A DNA stretch of 64,000 nt from the NCBI GenBank assembly GCA_020852955.1, contig JADYZW010000022.1:10468-74467 (forward strand), read 5' to 3'. Numbering within the stretch: the first letter of the stretch is position 1; each line of letters starts with the position of its first letter. Both the position numbers and the translations under genes were made by a program. The stretch is from Deltaproteobacteria bacterium (GTDB lineage: Bacteria; Desulfobacterota; Binatia; UTPRO1). Positions 56,175 to 64,000 of this stretch are shown here, in pieces. Below the pieces are notes generated by a model. The model was given only the letters and a program-made list of their open reading frames with translations. It was not told the origin of the DNA and searched no databases.

Positions 56175-57485
56175 CTAGAGCCGTTCCTCCAGCGTCGTCA
56201 CCAGCCGCCGAACCTCGGGGTCGCCCGCACGCCGCGCATCGATGACCCGCACGGCGTGCAAGACGGTCGTATGGTCGCGCCCATAGCGCTCGCCGATGGC
56301 GGCAAGCGGCAGGCCGATCTGTTTCCGCATCAGGTACATGCTCACTTGCCTTGCGAAAACGAGGCGGGCGTTCCGCTGGTCGGAGACCAGGACGGCCGGA
56401 GGAACCCCGAGCACCTCGCTCACCAGCGATTCCACCCTCTCCATCGTCACCCGCTCCCGCGTCACCGGATAGAGGCGACCCACGGTCTCCTCTGCCAGCG
56501 CGAGGTCGATCTCCCGACCGACCAAGGTCGCCATCGCCTTCAGCCGCGTGAGGGCGCCTTCGAGCTCGCGAACGCTCGCAGCACGGACGCGGTCGGCAAG
56601 ATAGTCGAGCACCTCGCCGGAGAGCGCGATCCCCCGCTGCGTCGCCTTCAGGGTCAGGATGCGCCGGCGGGTGTCGCGATCGGGCCGCGTCACCTCGACC
56701 GTGAGCCCGCCCTCGAAACGATTGCGCAGCCCGACCTCCAGATTCGCGATGTCGCGCGGCGGCTTGTCCGAAGACAGCACGATCTGCTTCCCGGCCGCGC
56801 ACAGGAGGTTGAACGTGTGCAAGAACTCTTCCTGCGTCCGCTCCTTCCCGGCAATGAACTGGACGTCATCGACCATCAGCGTATCGACCTTCCGGAAGCG
56901 CTGGTGGAACCGTTCCATTTCCTGACGCCGCACGGAGCTCACCATCTCGTTGACGAAGAGCTCAGCGCCGATCGAAAGGACGCGATAGTTGCGAAAGCGC
57001 TGACGTACGGCATTGGCGATCGCGTACACGAGATGCGTCTTCCCGAGTCCAACTCCACCGTGGACGAACAACGGGTTGTAGACTCCTCCCGGATGCTCCA
57101 CGACGGCGCGCGCGCCGGCGTGAGCCAACTCGTTACATGGACCGACGACGAAGCTCTCGAACGTGAAGCCCTGATGCCCCGGCGCCGCGCTCTTCCGGAT
57201 GACCGGCGGTGACGATGCGGCGACGATCGGGTCGCGCACCGGGATGCCCGAGCCCACGGACAACGAGACGGCCACGGGATGCCCGGCGAGCTGGGTCGCG
57301 GTCGAACGGATCCTGTCGAGAAAGTGCTGCTGCACCCAATTGAGATGAAAGACGCTCGGCGCCTCGACCGTCAGCCCGTCGTCGGCGCCCCTGGCCGACC
57401 GGAGACACGCGATCCACGCCGTGAACTCCGGCAGCGGCAGCGAGGAACGCAATTCCGCCAACGTCTGGTTCCACAGGGATTCCAT
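56175..57485 (-). CDS. dnaA: chromosomal replication initiator protein DnaA
   Basis: 436 aa from MESLWNQ. AAA+ core (NPLFVHGGVGLGKTHL, MVDDVQF) and C-terminal DNA-binding domain (ARQVSMYLMR...IGERYGRDHTTVLHA). Confidence 0.96.
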   Translation of the reverse strand: MESLWNQTLAELRSSLPLPEFTAWIACLRSARGADDGLTVEAPSVFHLNWVQQHFLDRIRSTATQLAGHPVAVSLSVGSGIPVRDPIVAASSPPVIRKSAAPGHQGFTFESFVVGPCNELAHAGARAVVEHPGGVYNPLFVHGGVGLGKTHLVYAIANAVRQRFRNYRVLSIGAELFVNEMVSSVRRQEMERFHQRFRKVDTLMVDDVQFIAGKERTQEEFLHTFNLLCAAGKQIVLSSDKPPRDIANLEVGLRNRFEGGLTVEVTRPDRDTRRRILTLKATQRGIALSGEVLDYLADRVRAASVRELEGALTRLKAMATLVGREIDLALAEETVGRLYPVTRERVTMERVESLVSEVLGVPPAVLVSDQRNARLVFARQVSMYLMRKQIGLPLAAIGERYGRDHTTVLHAVRVIDARRAGDPEVRRLVTTLEERL

Positions 57486-57489
57486 CACC

Positions 57490-57933
57490 CCGATGCCTCC
57501 ATCGCCTACACGTCCTCGCGCGCCGCCTCCTCTCTCCACCCCGCCTCATGCGCCGCCCACTCCAACGTCACATCCGACACTGTCCACATCTGGGGATATT
57601 TCCCGCGGCCATGCGCGCTCAAGCAGTTGCGCGCGCCGCTCAGAGTCTCGTGCACAAGACCCGGGGATCGCCGGCGCCGCGCCTTCACTTCGGAGACGGC
57701 CGCGACGATCACTGATTAAAATCATCGATACTATTTTGTTATGAAATGAGTTCCGGCAGTTCGAAACCCGAGCGTGATACTCTCGACGCTCCACAAAGGC
57801 AAGCGAAAAACCCTCGTGGGTCAAAATTCCGCGCGGCCACCCGGCCCGATCCACCGGCGCGGCGTTTGCTTGACTTTGAATCCGATCTTCACGTATCGGG
57901 GGCCGTTCGCGGAACCCATACAGGAGGTGGCTG
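57490..57933. other. candidate oriC / dnaA control region
   Basis: Lies upstream of dnaA. 57711-57750 is 25 % G+C by hand count (actgattaaaatcatcgatactattttgttatgaaatgag). Degenerate DnaA-box-like cores: TGTCCACA 57581, GCTCCACA 57788, GATCCACC 57848. Confidence 0.35.
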
Positions 57934-58602
57934 ATGAAAGTCGGACTGCGTTTCACGGTCGCGTGCGGCGTGCTCGTCGCGTTCGCCGCCGGCTGCACGT
58001 GCATGCAGAAGCCGTGGGGGTACGGAGCTCTCGGAGGCGGCGTGGTCGGCGCAGTCGGTGGCGGCATCGCCACGGGTGCCGCCAGCAACAACACCGGCGC
58101 CTTCGACATCGGCAACGACAACGAGGACAAGGCGCTGGCCGTGGCGACCGGCGCGGTCGGTGGGGCGCTGCTCGGCGCCCTCATCGGCCACTGCCTCTGG
58201 GACCAGAGCGCCGCCGCGCCGCCGCCGCCGCCGCCCGCGCCGGCCGCCGCGCCGGTGGTGCAGAAGAAGATCGTACTCCGCGGGGTCAACTTCGACTTCG
58301 ACAAGGCCACCATCCGGGCCGACGCCGCACCGATCCTTCGGGAAGCCGCCAACCTCCTCAAGGAGAACGGCCATCTCAAGGTGTCGGTCGAGGGGCACAC
58401 CGATGCCAAGGGCAGCGACGACTACAACCTGAGGCTGTCGATGCGCCGGGCGGCGGCGGTGAAAGCCTTCCTCGTAAAGGAAGGCGTCGCCGAAGGCAGG
58501 TTGACGACGCGCGGTCTCGGCGAGTCGCAGCCGGTCGCGAGCAACGATACGGAGGACGGCCGCGCTCAGAACCGTCGCGTGGAGCTGAAGGTCCAGGAAT
58601 AG
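57934..58602 (+). CDS. OmpA-family peptidoglycan-binding lipoprotein
   Basis: 222 aa. AGGAGG RBS, lipobox AFAAGC, Gly-zipper, Pro/Ala linker, and an OmpA_C domain (VNFDFDKATI...GHTDAKGSDDYNLRLSMRRA...NRRVEL). Confidence 0.9.
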   Translation: MKVGLRFTVACGVLVAFAAGCTCMQKPWGYGALGGGVVGAVGGGIATGAASNNTGAFDIGNDNEDKALAVATGAVGGALLGALIGHCLWDQSAAAPPPPPPAPAAAPVVQKKIVLRGVNFDFDKATIRADAAPILREAANLLKENGHLKVSVEGHTDAKGSDDYNLRLSMRRAAAVKAFLVKEGVAEGRLTTRGLGESQPVASNDTEDGRAQNRRVELKVQE

Positions 58603-58629
58603 CCGAGCCACCAGGGCGCATGAGTGAGC

Positions 58630-58665
58630 GGGGCGGGATCCACGAGGGTCCCGCCCCGTTTTCTT
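58630..58665 (+). terminator. intrinsic terminator after the ompA-family gene
   Basis: 9-bp stem GGGGCGGGA / TCCCGCCCC, short loop, followed by GTTTTCTT. Confidence 0.7.
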
Positions 58666-59029
58666 GATCCACCCTCCGGCCGATCCCCCGAGCGAGCGCC
58701 CGGCTCGCTCCCACCCCAGGCCCCCGTCCGACATGGCAGTCTTCCTGCGTAATTTCTTGAGATCAATCGGAGGTGTACAGGTCCGGCGACCTACCCATGC
58801 ACGCGCGCAGAGTCGTGCACTTCTGCGAAGGCTTTCCTGTTTCCAAACGAATAGATCCACCGGCACATGTCTTGCTCAAGTTCGCCTCGTGCCGACGGAA
58901 TTCGCTCACTCGCCATCCGCCATCGGAGTCGACATCGCGTCCACCTGCTCCGAGATCACGGGGGCGATCGCAGCTGCTATCGAGCATCGCACGGCGGCTC
59001 CGTCGCGACGGCGAGCCGTCCGGGGCCGA

Positions 59030-62000
59030 GTGGGATCATGTTTTCTCGCGATGATCCTCTGCGCGATGGCGACCTCTCCTCCGGGAGCCCTCGCGGAGAC
59101 GCTTTCGTTCGATGGCCAGCGCGCCTACCCCGTAGGCGCCAATCCCAAAGGGCTCTCCGTCGGAGACTGTGACGGCGACGGTGTCCCCGACCTCGTCACC
59201 GCGGCACAGAACTCGAACGAGGTCGTGATCCTGCGAAACCCCGGCGACGGAAACCTCGAGTTCGGAGGGGGGAAGACCAACGTCTCGCAGCCGACGGGGG
59301 CGACCTGCGGCGACTTCAACGGGGACGGCTTGGTGGACCTGGCGGCGGTCAGCCGTCTCGGAGACATCGGGCTCTACTTCGGTGACGGGCTCGGGACGTT
59401 CACCCCGGGTGGTGCCCGCCCCGCCGGTGTCGCGCCCACCTCGCTGATCTCCGCCGACCTCAACGACGACGGATGGCTCGACCTCGTCGCGGTCGATTCG
59501 ACCTCCCAGGACATCACGATCCTGCTCGGCACGGGCACGAGCGCGCTGCCGCCGTTCGTGAGGGTCCGGACCCCCATCCAGAGCCCGCGGGCGGCGGCCG
59601 TCGCCGACTTCGACCTGGACGGCTATGCCGACATCGCGGTCGCCGGCGCCACGGCCCCGTACGTCGTGATCCTCTACGGAAACGGCGTCGGCTTTGCGAC
59701 GCGCACCAACACGATCCCGAACCCGTTCACCCAGACGCGCCGCCCAACCCGTGGTCGCGGCATCGCGGCCGCCGACATGAACCAGGATGGCTACCCGGAT
59801 CTCGCGCTCCTCTCGAGTGACGGCGTCATCACCCTGTTCCTCGGGAGCCCCTCCGGCCAGTTCGCCTTCTTCGACGCCTTCAGTGTGTCGTCGGACGCGG
59901 AAGCGATCGCGCTCCCCGACCTGAACGGCGACGGCTTGGTGGACCTGGCGCTGCTCGCCTCCGACACCAACAGCGCCCAGGTGTTCCTGGCGATCGGCCA
60001 GGGCCAGTTCGATCTGCCCACGATCGTCAGCGTCGAGTCGGTCAGCAACGGCTTCGGCCCGGTGGTCAGCCGAACGGTGCTCACCGATCCCACGGATCCC
60101 CTCACCAGCGTCACCCAGCTGATGGCGGCCGACGGTGTCAGCAAGATGATCCGGCTCGTCGAGCAGAGTGACCCGATGACCCTCGCGACGAGTCCCCTGG
60201 TCGCGATCTCCGACGTCCCCGTGGCCCTCGCCCTCGGAGACGTGACCGGCGACGGCATCGCGGACGCAGCGGTCCTCACGAAGGCGCCGCGCGGGCGCTC
60301 TCTCCAGCTCTCCATGCTGCTCGGGACCGTCGCGGGTCAGTACGACCCCCTACCGCCGGTGAGCCAGGGAACCTGCGGCAACGGCATTCTGGAGACCGGC
60401 GAGCAGTGCGACGACGGCAACCTGAAGGCGCGCGACGGCTGCAGCAAACTCTGCGCCGTCGAACTCGGCAAGCTGGTCCCGTCGCTCGCGTTCGCCGACC
60501 TCGACGGCGACACCAAGGACGACATCGTCCTCGCCAACGACCGCGGACAGGTTCTCGGGCTCATGGCCGACGGGCAGGGACGGTTCCGTGAGATCCGACT
60601 GCTCGGCACGGCGCGCAAGAAGACGGGTGCCGCGCTCGGCGATTTCACGGGCGATGGAACCCCGGACGTGGCGTTCGTTTCGAAGGCTTCCCGCGGCGGC
60701 GCGGTCACGCTCCTCAGCAACTTCGGAGACGGGACGTTCACGACCACGCCGCTGCCCGTCACGCTGCCCGTCGTTGGCCCCCTGCTCGCCGGAGACTTCG
60801 ACCGCAACGGACTGCCGGATCTCGCGGCCGGATACCGGGGCGGCTGGGCGGTGCTCTACAACGACGGGACGGGGCCGACTCGCCCGAGCGCGGTCGCCCT
60901 TCCGAAAGCCTACAAGCGCATCGCCCAGATGGCGGGCGCCGACTTCGACGAGGACGGCTGGCTCGACCTCTTCGCCAGCTTCGGATCGAAGAAGGTTCCG
61001 TCCCTCCTTTTTCGCGGCAGCGCGACCGGGTCGTTCTCCGCAGGCGAGATCGTCGGTTCGGCGAGCGATCCGCTGACCGACCCCTTCGCCGTCGATCTCG
61101 ATCAGGACGACCACCAGGACATCGTCAGCTGCTCGTCGGAGAACGGGCTGGCATGCCGGGTCTTCTACGGAGACGGAGCGGGTCAGTTCGGCGCGGCGGC
61201 CCTGCCCTCGTCCGTGGCCGTGGGACGCGAGCCGCGCTCGGCCGGAACGGCCGACTTCGATCAGGACGGCATCGCCGACGTCGTCGGCGTGAGTCGCAAC
61301 GACGACCGCGCGGTCGTGCTGTTCGGCGGCCCGTCCTCGCCGACCAGCCGCCTGGTGCTCTCGACCGGCTCGCGTCCTTCCGACGTCGAGGTCCTCGATC
61401 TCAACAACGACGGCTTCCTCGATTTCGTGATCGGCAACGAAGCGTCGCGCGACCTCAGCATCTTCGTCAACCAGACGAATCGCCAGTTCCTGGCGCTGGC
61501 CCCGGTTCGGCTGCCGTCGCTCCCGAACAGCGGCCTCGGCCTGATCGCGCTCGCTTCCGGCGACATCGACAGCGACGGCACCAACGACCTCGTGGCCGTC
61601 CAGGCTGGCGGTCAGGCCGGAGGCACCGTGACGCCGCTCATCAACGTCGAGGGTGTCGGCCTCGCCGTACTCGGCAGCTTCCCCGTGGGCAACCTCGCCT
61701 GGGGCGTCGCCGTCGGACGCCTGAACGACGACGGCGTGCTCGACATCGTCACGGCGAACCGCTCCGACAACACCTTCAGCGTCCTTCTGTCGCAGCCCGG
61801 GGGCGGCTACACCCGCAGCGACTACGACAGCGGCGGCGTGCGCGCGACGGACGTCGCGGTCGCCGACCTCGGCGGGGACGGCTTCGATGACGTCATCGTC
61901 ACCAACGAGATGATCGACGCCCAGACCACCAACTACGGGAACGTCGTCACATTCATGAACGACGGCGCCGGCGGCTTCTCCGCTGCGACCCTGAAACACG

Positions 62001-62272
62001 TGCGCGGGCGTGAGATCCCGCGCTCCGTATGCGCCGGCGACTTCGACAACGACGGACGGCGGGACGTCGCGGTGGCGAGCCTCGGCAGCAACGACGTCAT
62101 GGTGCTCTACGGTGCTGGGAACGGAACCTGGCGGAACGACGAACGCCTGTTCCCGGTCGGAGACGGGCCGCTCTCCGTCTCCTGCCGCGACTCCGATGGA
62201 GACGATCGCAGCGACATCGCGTTCGGTCGCCGCGGCGGCTCCGAAGTCGGCGTCATTCTCACCAATCAGTGA
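59030..62272 (+). CDS. very large exported FG-GAP/VCBS-repeat protein with a central Myxococcus-type cysteine-rich repeat
   Basis: About 1080 aa. The start is uncertain: GTG 59030 gives signal VGSCFLAMILCAMATSPPGALA, and ATG 59051 is the alternative. It has 19 D.[DN].DG..D[LIV] FG-GAP calcium-loop-like motifs. CGNGILETGEQCDDGNLKARDGCSKLC lies at about 60374-60460. Confidence 0.85.
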   Translation: MGSCFLAMILCAMATSPPGALAETLSFDGQRAYPVGANPKGLSVGDCDGDGVPDLVTAAQNSNEVVILRNPGDGNLEFGGGKTNVSQPTGATCGDFNGDGLVDLAAVSRLGDIGLYFGDGLGTFTPGGARPAGVAPTSLISADLNDDGWLDLVAVDSTSQDITILLGTGTSALPPFVRVRTPIQSPRAAAVADFDLDGYADIAVAGATAPYVVILYGNGVGFATRTNTIPNPFTQTRRPTRGRGIAAADMNQDGYPDLALLSSDGVITLFLGSPSGQFAFFDAFSVSSDAEAIALPDLNGDGLVDLALLASDTNSAQVFLAIGQGQFDLPTIVSVESVSNGFGPVVSRTVLTDPTDPLTSVTQLMAADGVSKMIRLVEQSDPMTLATSPLVAISDVPVALALGDVTGDGIADAAVLTKAPRGRSLQLSMLLGTVAGQYDPLPPVSQGTCGNGILETGEQCDDGNLKARDGCSKLCAVELGKLVPSLAFADLDGDTKDDIVLANDRGQVLGLMADGQGRFREIRLLGTARKKTGAALGDFTGDGTPDVAFVSKASRGGAVTLLSNFGDGTFTTTPLPVTLPVVGPLLAGDFDRNGLPDLAAGYRGGWAVLYNDGTGPTRPSAVALPKAYKRIAQMAGADFDEDGWLDLFASFGSKKVPSLLFRGSATGSFSAGEIVGSASDPLTDPFAVDLDQDDHQDIVSCSSENGLACRVFYGDGAGQFGAAALPSSVAVGREPRSAGTADFDQDGIADVVGVSRNDDRAVVLFGGPSSPTSRLVLSTGSRPSDVEVLDLNNDGFLDFVIGNEASRDLSIFVNQTNRQFLALAPVRLPSLPNSGLGLIALASGDIDSDGTNDLVAVQAGGQAGGTVTPLINVEGVGLAVLGSFPVGNLAWGVAVGRLNDDGVLDIVTANRSDNTFSVLLSQPGGGYTRSDYDSGGVRATDVAVADLGGDGFDDVIVTNEMIDAQTTNYGNVVTFMNDGAGGFSAATLKHVRGREIPRSVCAGDFDNDGRRDVAVASLGSNDVMVLYGAGNGTWRNDERLFPVGDGPLSVSCRDSDGDDRSDIAFGRRGGSEVGVILTNQ

Positions 62273-62303
62273 TCACGGATCCAGAAGCGTGGAGGTCTTG
62301 GAC

Positions 62304-64000
62304 ATGACGGATCGCCGTCGAGTGTGGACTCTCATCGCCGCGGCATCGCTCGTCGCCGCATTGGCCGGACCGCGGCTTTCCTTTGCGCTCCACGCGCAGT
62401 CCCCGCCCGTCACGCAGGTCACCCAGCAGACCAGCGGCACCGTCGGCGAGAGCGCAGTGTGGGGGAACAACTGGACCTTCGTCGCGAGCGGCGACTCCCT
62501 CGGCACCGGCAACGCCGCTCCCGAGCTCTTCTACTACGAGCACATCGAGCGCGTGCTCGGTGGAGCCCTCGGGCTTTCGCAGATCACCTGCGGCGGATTC
62601 GACCCGGCCCACCCGTCGATCTCCACTCCCTCGTCCGGCAACGTCATCGCCTTCGACGCGATCGGAACGTTGTGCGGCGATCCGCGCCACAACTGCCTTC
62701 CGCCCTTCGACGCGAGCTCCGTGAACCGTCAGGTCTTCGTGTACTACCCCGACACCCAACGCATCCGGCAGGTCACGCGCTGCAACGGCGACTGCGTCAA
62801 CCCGGACGTCAGCGAGAACGGACGGATGATCCTGTTCGAGTCGAACGCGGACGTTCTCGGAACGAACGGCGGCCTGCCGCTCCCGACGACCAATGTCTAT
62901 CAGGGGAGCCTCCGCTCGCTCGGGCAGACCTGTCCGTTCCTCCCGTGCTCCAGCGGACAGGCGAATCCCGGCCTGCGGAACCTGACGCCGATCGGCGGCG
63001 GCCGCAATGCGTCCCAGAACGCCGGCGGCAAGTACGTCGCCTACGAGTCCGACGGCGATCCGCTCGGCACCGGTGCGGTCGGCGTCCCCCACGTGTACCT
63101 GCTCGAGGTCAAGAGCGCCGCGCTCCAACAGATCCCGCCGGGCAACCCGGCTCCCGCTCGCAACCCGTCCCTGGATCAGGGTGGCAAGAAGGTGGCCTAC
63201 GAGATCGATACCGTCCGCGGCGCACCGAATCCCGGCGTCGTCACCGAGGTCTGGGTGTCGAAGATCCGCAAAAATCGCGCTCCGCTCACGATGTCGCTGA
63301 CGCCCAACGCTCCGGCAAGCAGCTTCAGGCCGGCGTTCGCCCCGGCGGGCAAGCGCGTGGCGTTCGTCTCCGACGCCGACCTCCTCAACTTCCAGGCACT
63401 CGGTCGCCAGCTCTACGTCTACACCCTGGTCGGCGGCTCGAAGTTCGACCGCAAGAATCTGTTGCAGGTCACCGCCACACCGGCCGGAACGGATTTCCCT
63501 ACCCAGTCCTCGTACGTCTTCACCGGCTTCTCGTCCGCGGGCGACTTCGTCGGCAACACCAACACGACGCCCCAGTTCTTCGTCGCGAACCTGTATCGTC
63601 GCGCTCCCGGGCAGCCGCCTCCGTACGCGGGCACACCGACGCCCAAACCCACTGCGACGCCGCATCCGACGGCCACGCCGGTCGTCGGGATCCCGCGCGC
63701 CATCGGCATGGCGGTAGTGACGAACCAGTCGATCAACAACGGCAACAACACCCTCACGACGGTGATCGCCGCGACGGTCTCGGACTTCTTCGGCAATCCG
63801 GTGCCCGATGGAACCGTCGTGGCCTTCAGCGTCGCGCCGCCGCCGAACGGCATCCTGATCGGGAACGGCGCGACGAATCAGGATCCGGACTGCGACCTGA
63901 CCACGTTCGAGCAAGCGACCGGCGTGGCGATCCAGAACCGCCCAGGTGTCGCTCACGTCTGCGTCACGTATCCCGGCGCCTTCGGCGGCACGTCGCGGCT
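62304..64000 (+). CDS. exported TolB-like (PD40 beta-propeller repeat) protein with Pro/Thr linker and Ig-like domain, 3'-truncated by window edge
   Basis: ATG 62304, with the frame open to the window edge (not in the supplied track, presumably because no stop is reached). Signal WTLIAAASLVAALAGP. Repeated G.[KR].[VI]A[FY].S..D units (GNVIAFDA, GRMILFESNAD, GKYVAYESDGD, GKKVAYEID, GKRVAFVSDAD), then TPTPKPTATPHPTATP and a Big-like ...VSDFFGNPVPDGTVVAF. Confidence 0.75.
   Translation, partial: MTDRRRVWTLIAAASLVAALAGPRLSFALHAQSPPVTQVTQQTSGTVGESAVWGNNWTFVASGDSLGTGNAAPELFYYEHIERVLGGALGLSQITCGGFDPAHPSISTPSSGNVIAFDAIGTLCGDPRHNCLPPFDASSVNRQVFVYYPDTQRIRQVTRCNGDCVNPDVSENGRMILFESNADVLGTNGGLPLPTTNVYQGSLRSLGQTCPFLPCSSGQANPGLRNLTPIGGGRNASQNAGGKYVAYESDGDPLGTGAVGVPHVYLLEVKSAALQQIPPGNPAPARNPSLDQGGKKVAYEIDTVRGAPNPGVVTEVWVSKIRKNRAPLTMSLTPNAPASSFRPAFAPAGKRVAFVSDADLLNFQALGRQLYVYTLVGGSKFDRKNLLQVTATPAGTDFPTQSSYVFTGFSSAGDFVGNTNTTPQFFVANLYRRAPGQPPPYAGTPTPKPTATPHPTATPVVGIPRAIGMAVVTNQSINNGNNTLTTVIAATVSDFFGNPVPDGTVVAFSVAPPPNGILIGNGATNQDPDCDLTTFEQATGVAIQNRPGVAHVCVTYPGAFGGTSR

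Noticed and set aside
57869-57905. Sigma-70-like promoter for the ompA-family gene (TTGACT at about 57869)
   Set aside because: No convincing -10 hexamer sits at 16-18 nt spacing (gtatcg only). This is too weak to annotate from sequence alone.
58195-58262. GCC/GCG-rich tandem-looking stretch
   Set aside because: It is simply the coding sequence of the Pro/Ala linker (AAAPPPPPPAPAAAP) of the OmpA-family protein, not an independent repeat element.
30288-63956. More shadow ORFs (30288..32018, 33617..35515, 35031..36707, 42363..44297, 44854..46473, 60350..61999, 62259..63956 on the minus strand; 17814..19586, 39704..40873, 55554..57212, 55064..56245 on the plus strand)
   Set aside because: They are antisense or out of frame relative to genes with clear family signatures, and have no domains of their own. 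For 62259..63956, the + strand frame has a signal peptide and PD40/Ig-like repeats and is preferred.

Overview
High-G+C (about 70-75 % by hand counts of sample lines) bacterial chromosomal segment. A Myxococcus-type cysteine-rich repeat and large FG-GAP proteins fit a Myxococcota/deltaproteobacterial-like lineage but do not prove it. Most of the window is densely packed housekeeping DNA. Positions 77-11744 hold an 11-gene, largely translationally coupled array: tsaE, lysC, cimA, cysE, a cysteine desulfurase, mnmA, rnc, a DGQHR protein, era, der and a yihY-like gene. The rest includes guaB-guaA, dnaE, hflX, a pgsA-like gene, a peptide-type ABC importer, a MoxR/VWA pair, ada-alkA/ogt, dgt, bcp, Kef-type and SulP transporters, and dnaA with a candidate oriC.

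Four things stand out:
1. An orphan DGQHR/DndB-like (ParB-fold) gene is wedged by 4-nt overlaps between rnc and era.
2. A 5.6-kb lower-G+C integrative element sits in tRNA-Arg(CCT), bounded by perfect 40-bp direct repeats. Unusually, the repeats duplicate the 5' half of the tRNA, which leaves the intact tRNA 11 nt behind the integrase stop codon. The element has an int / AlpA-like / Prim-Pol replication core, split by a frame change, with an AT-rich inverted-repeat island inside the rep ORF. Its cargo is an operon of three exported cysteine-rich proteins of unknown function.
3. dnaA has no adjacent dnaN and sits next to a 25 % G+C stretch. Gene orientation to its left argues against a simple origin here.
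4. The right end carries very large exported FG-GAP and TolB-like beta-propeller proteins.

No CRISPR array, rRNA gene or transposase was seen. Many long ORFs in the supplied track are antisense shadow ORFs typical of high-G+C DNA and were rejected.
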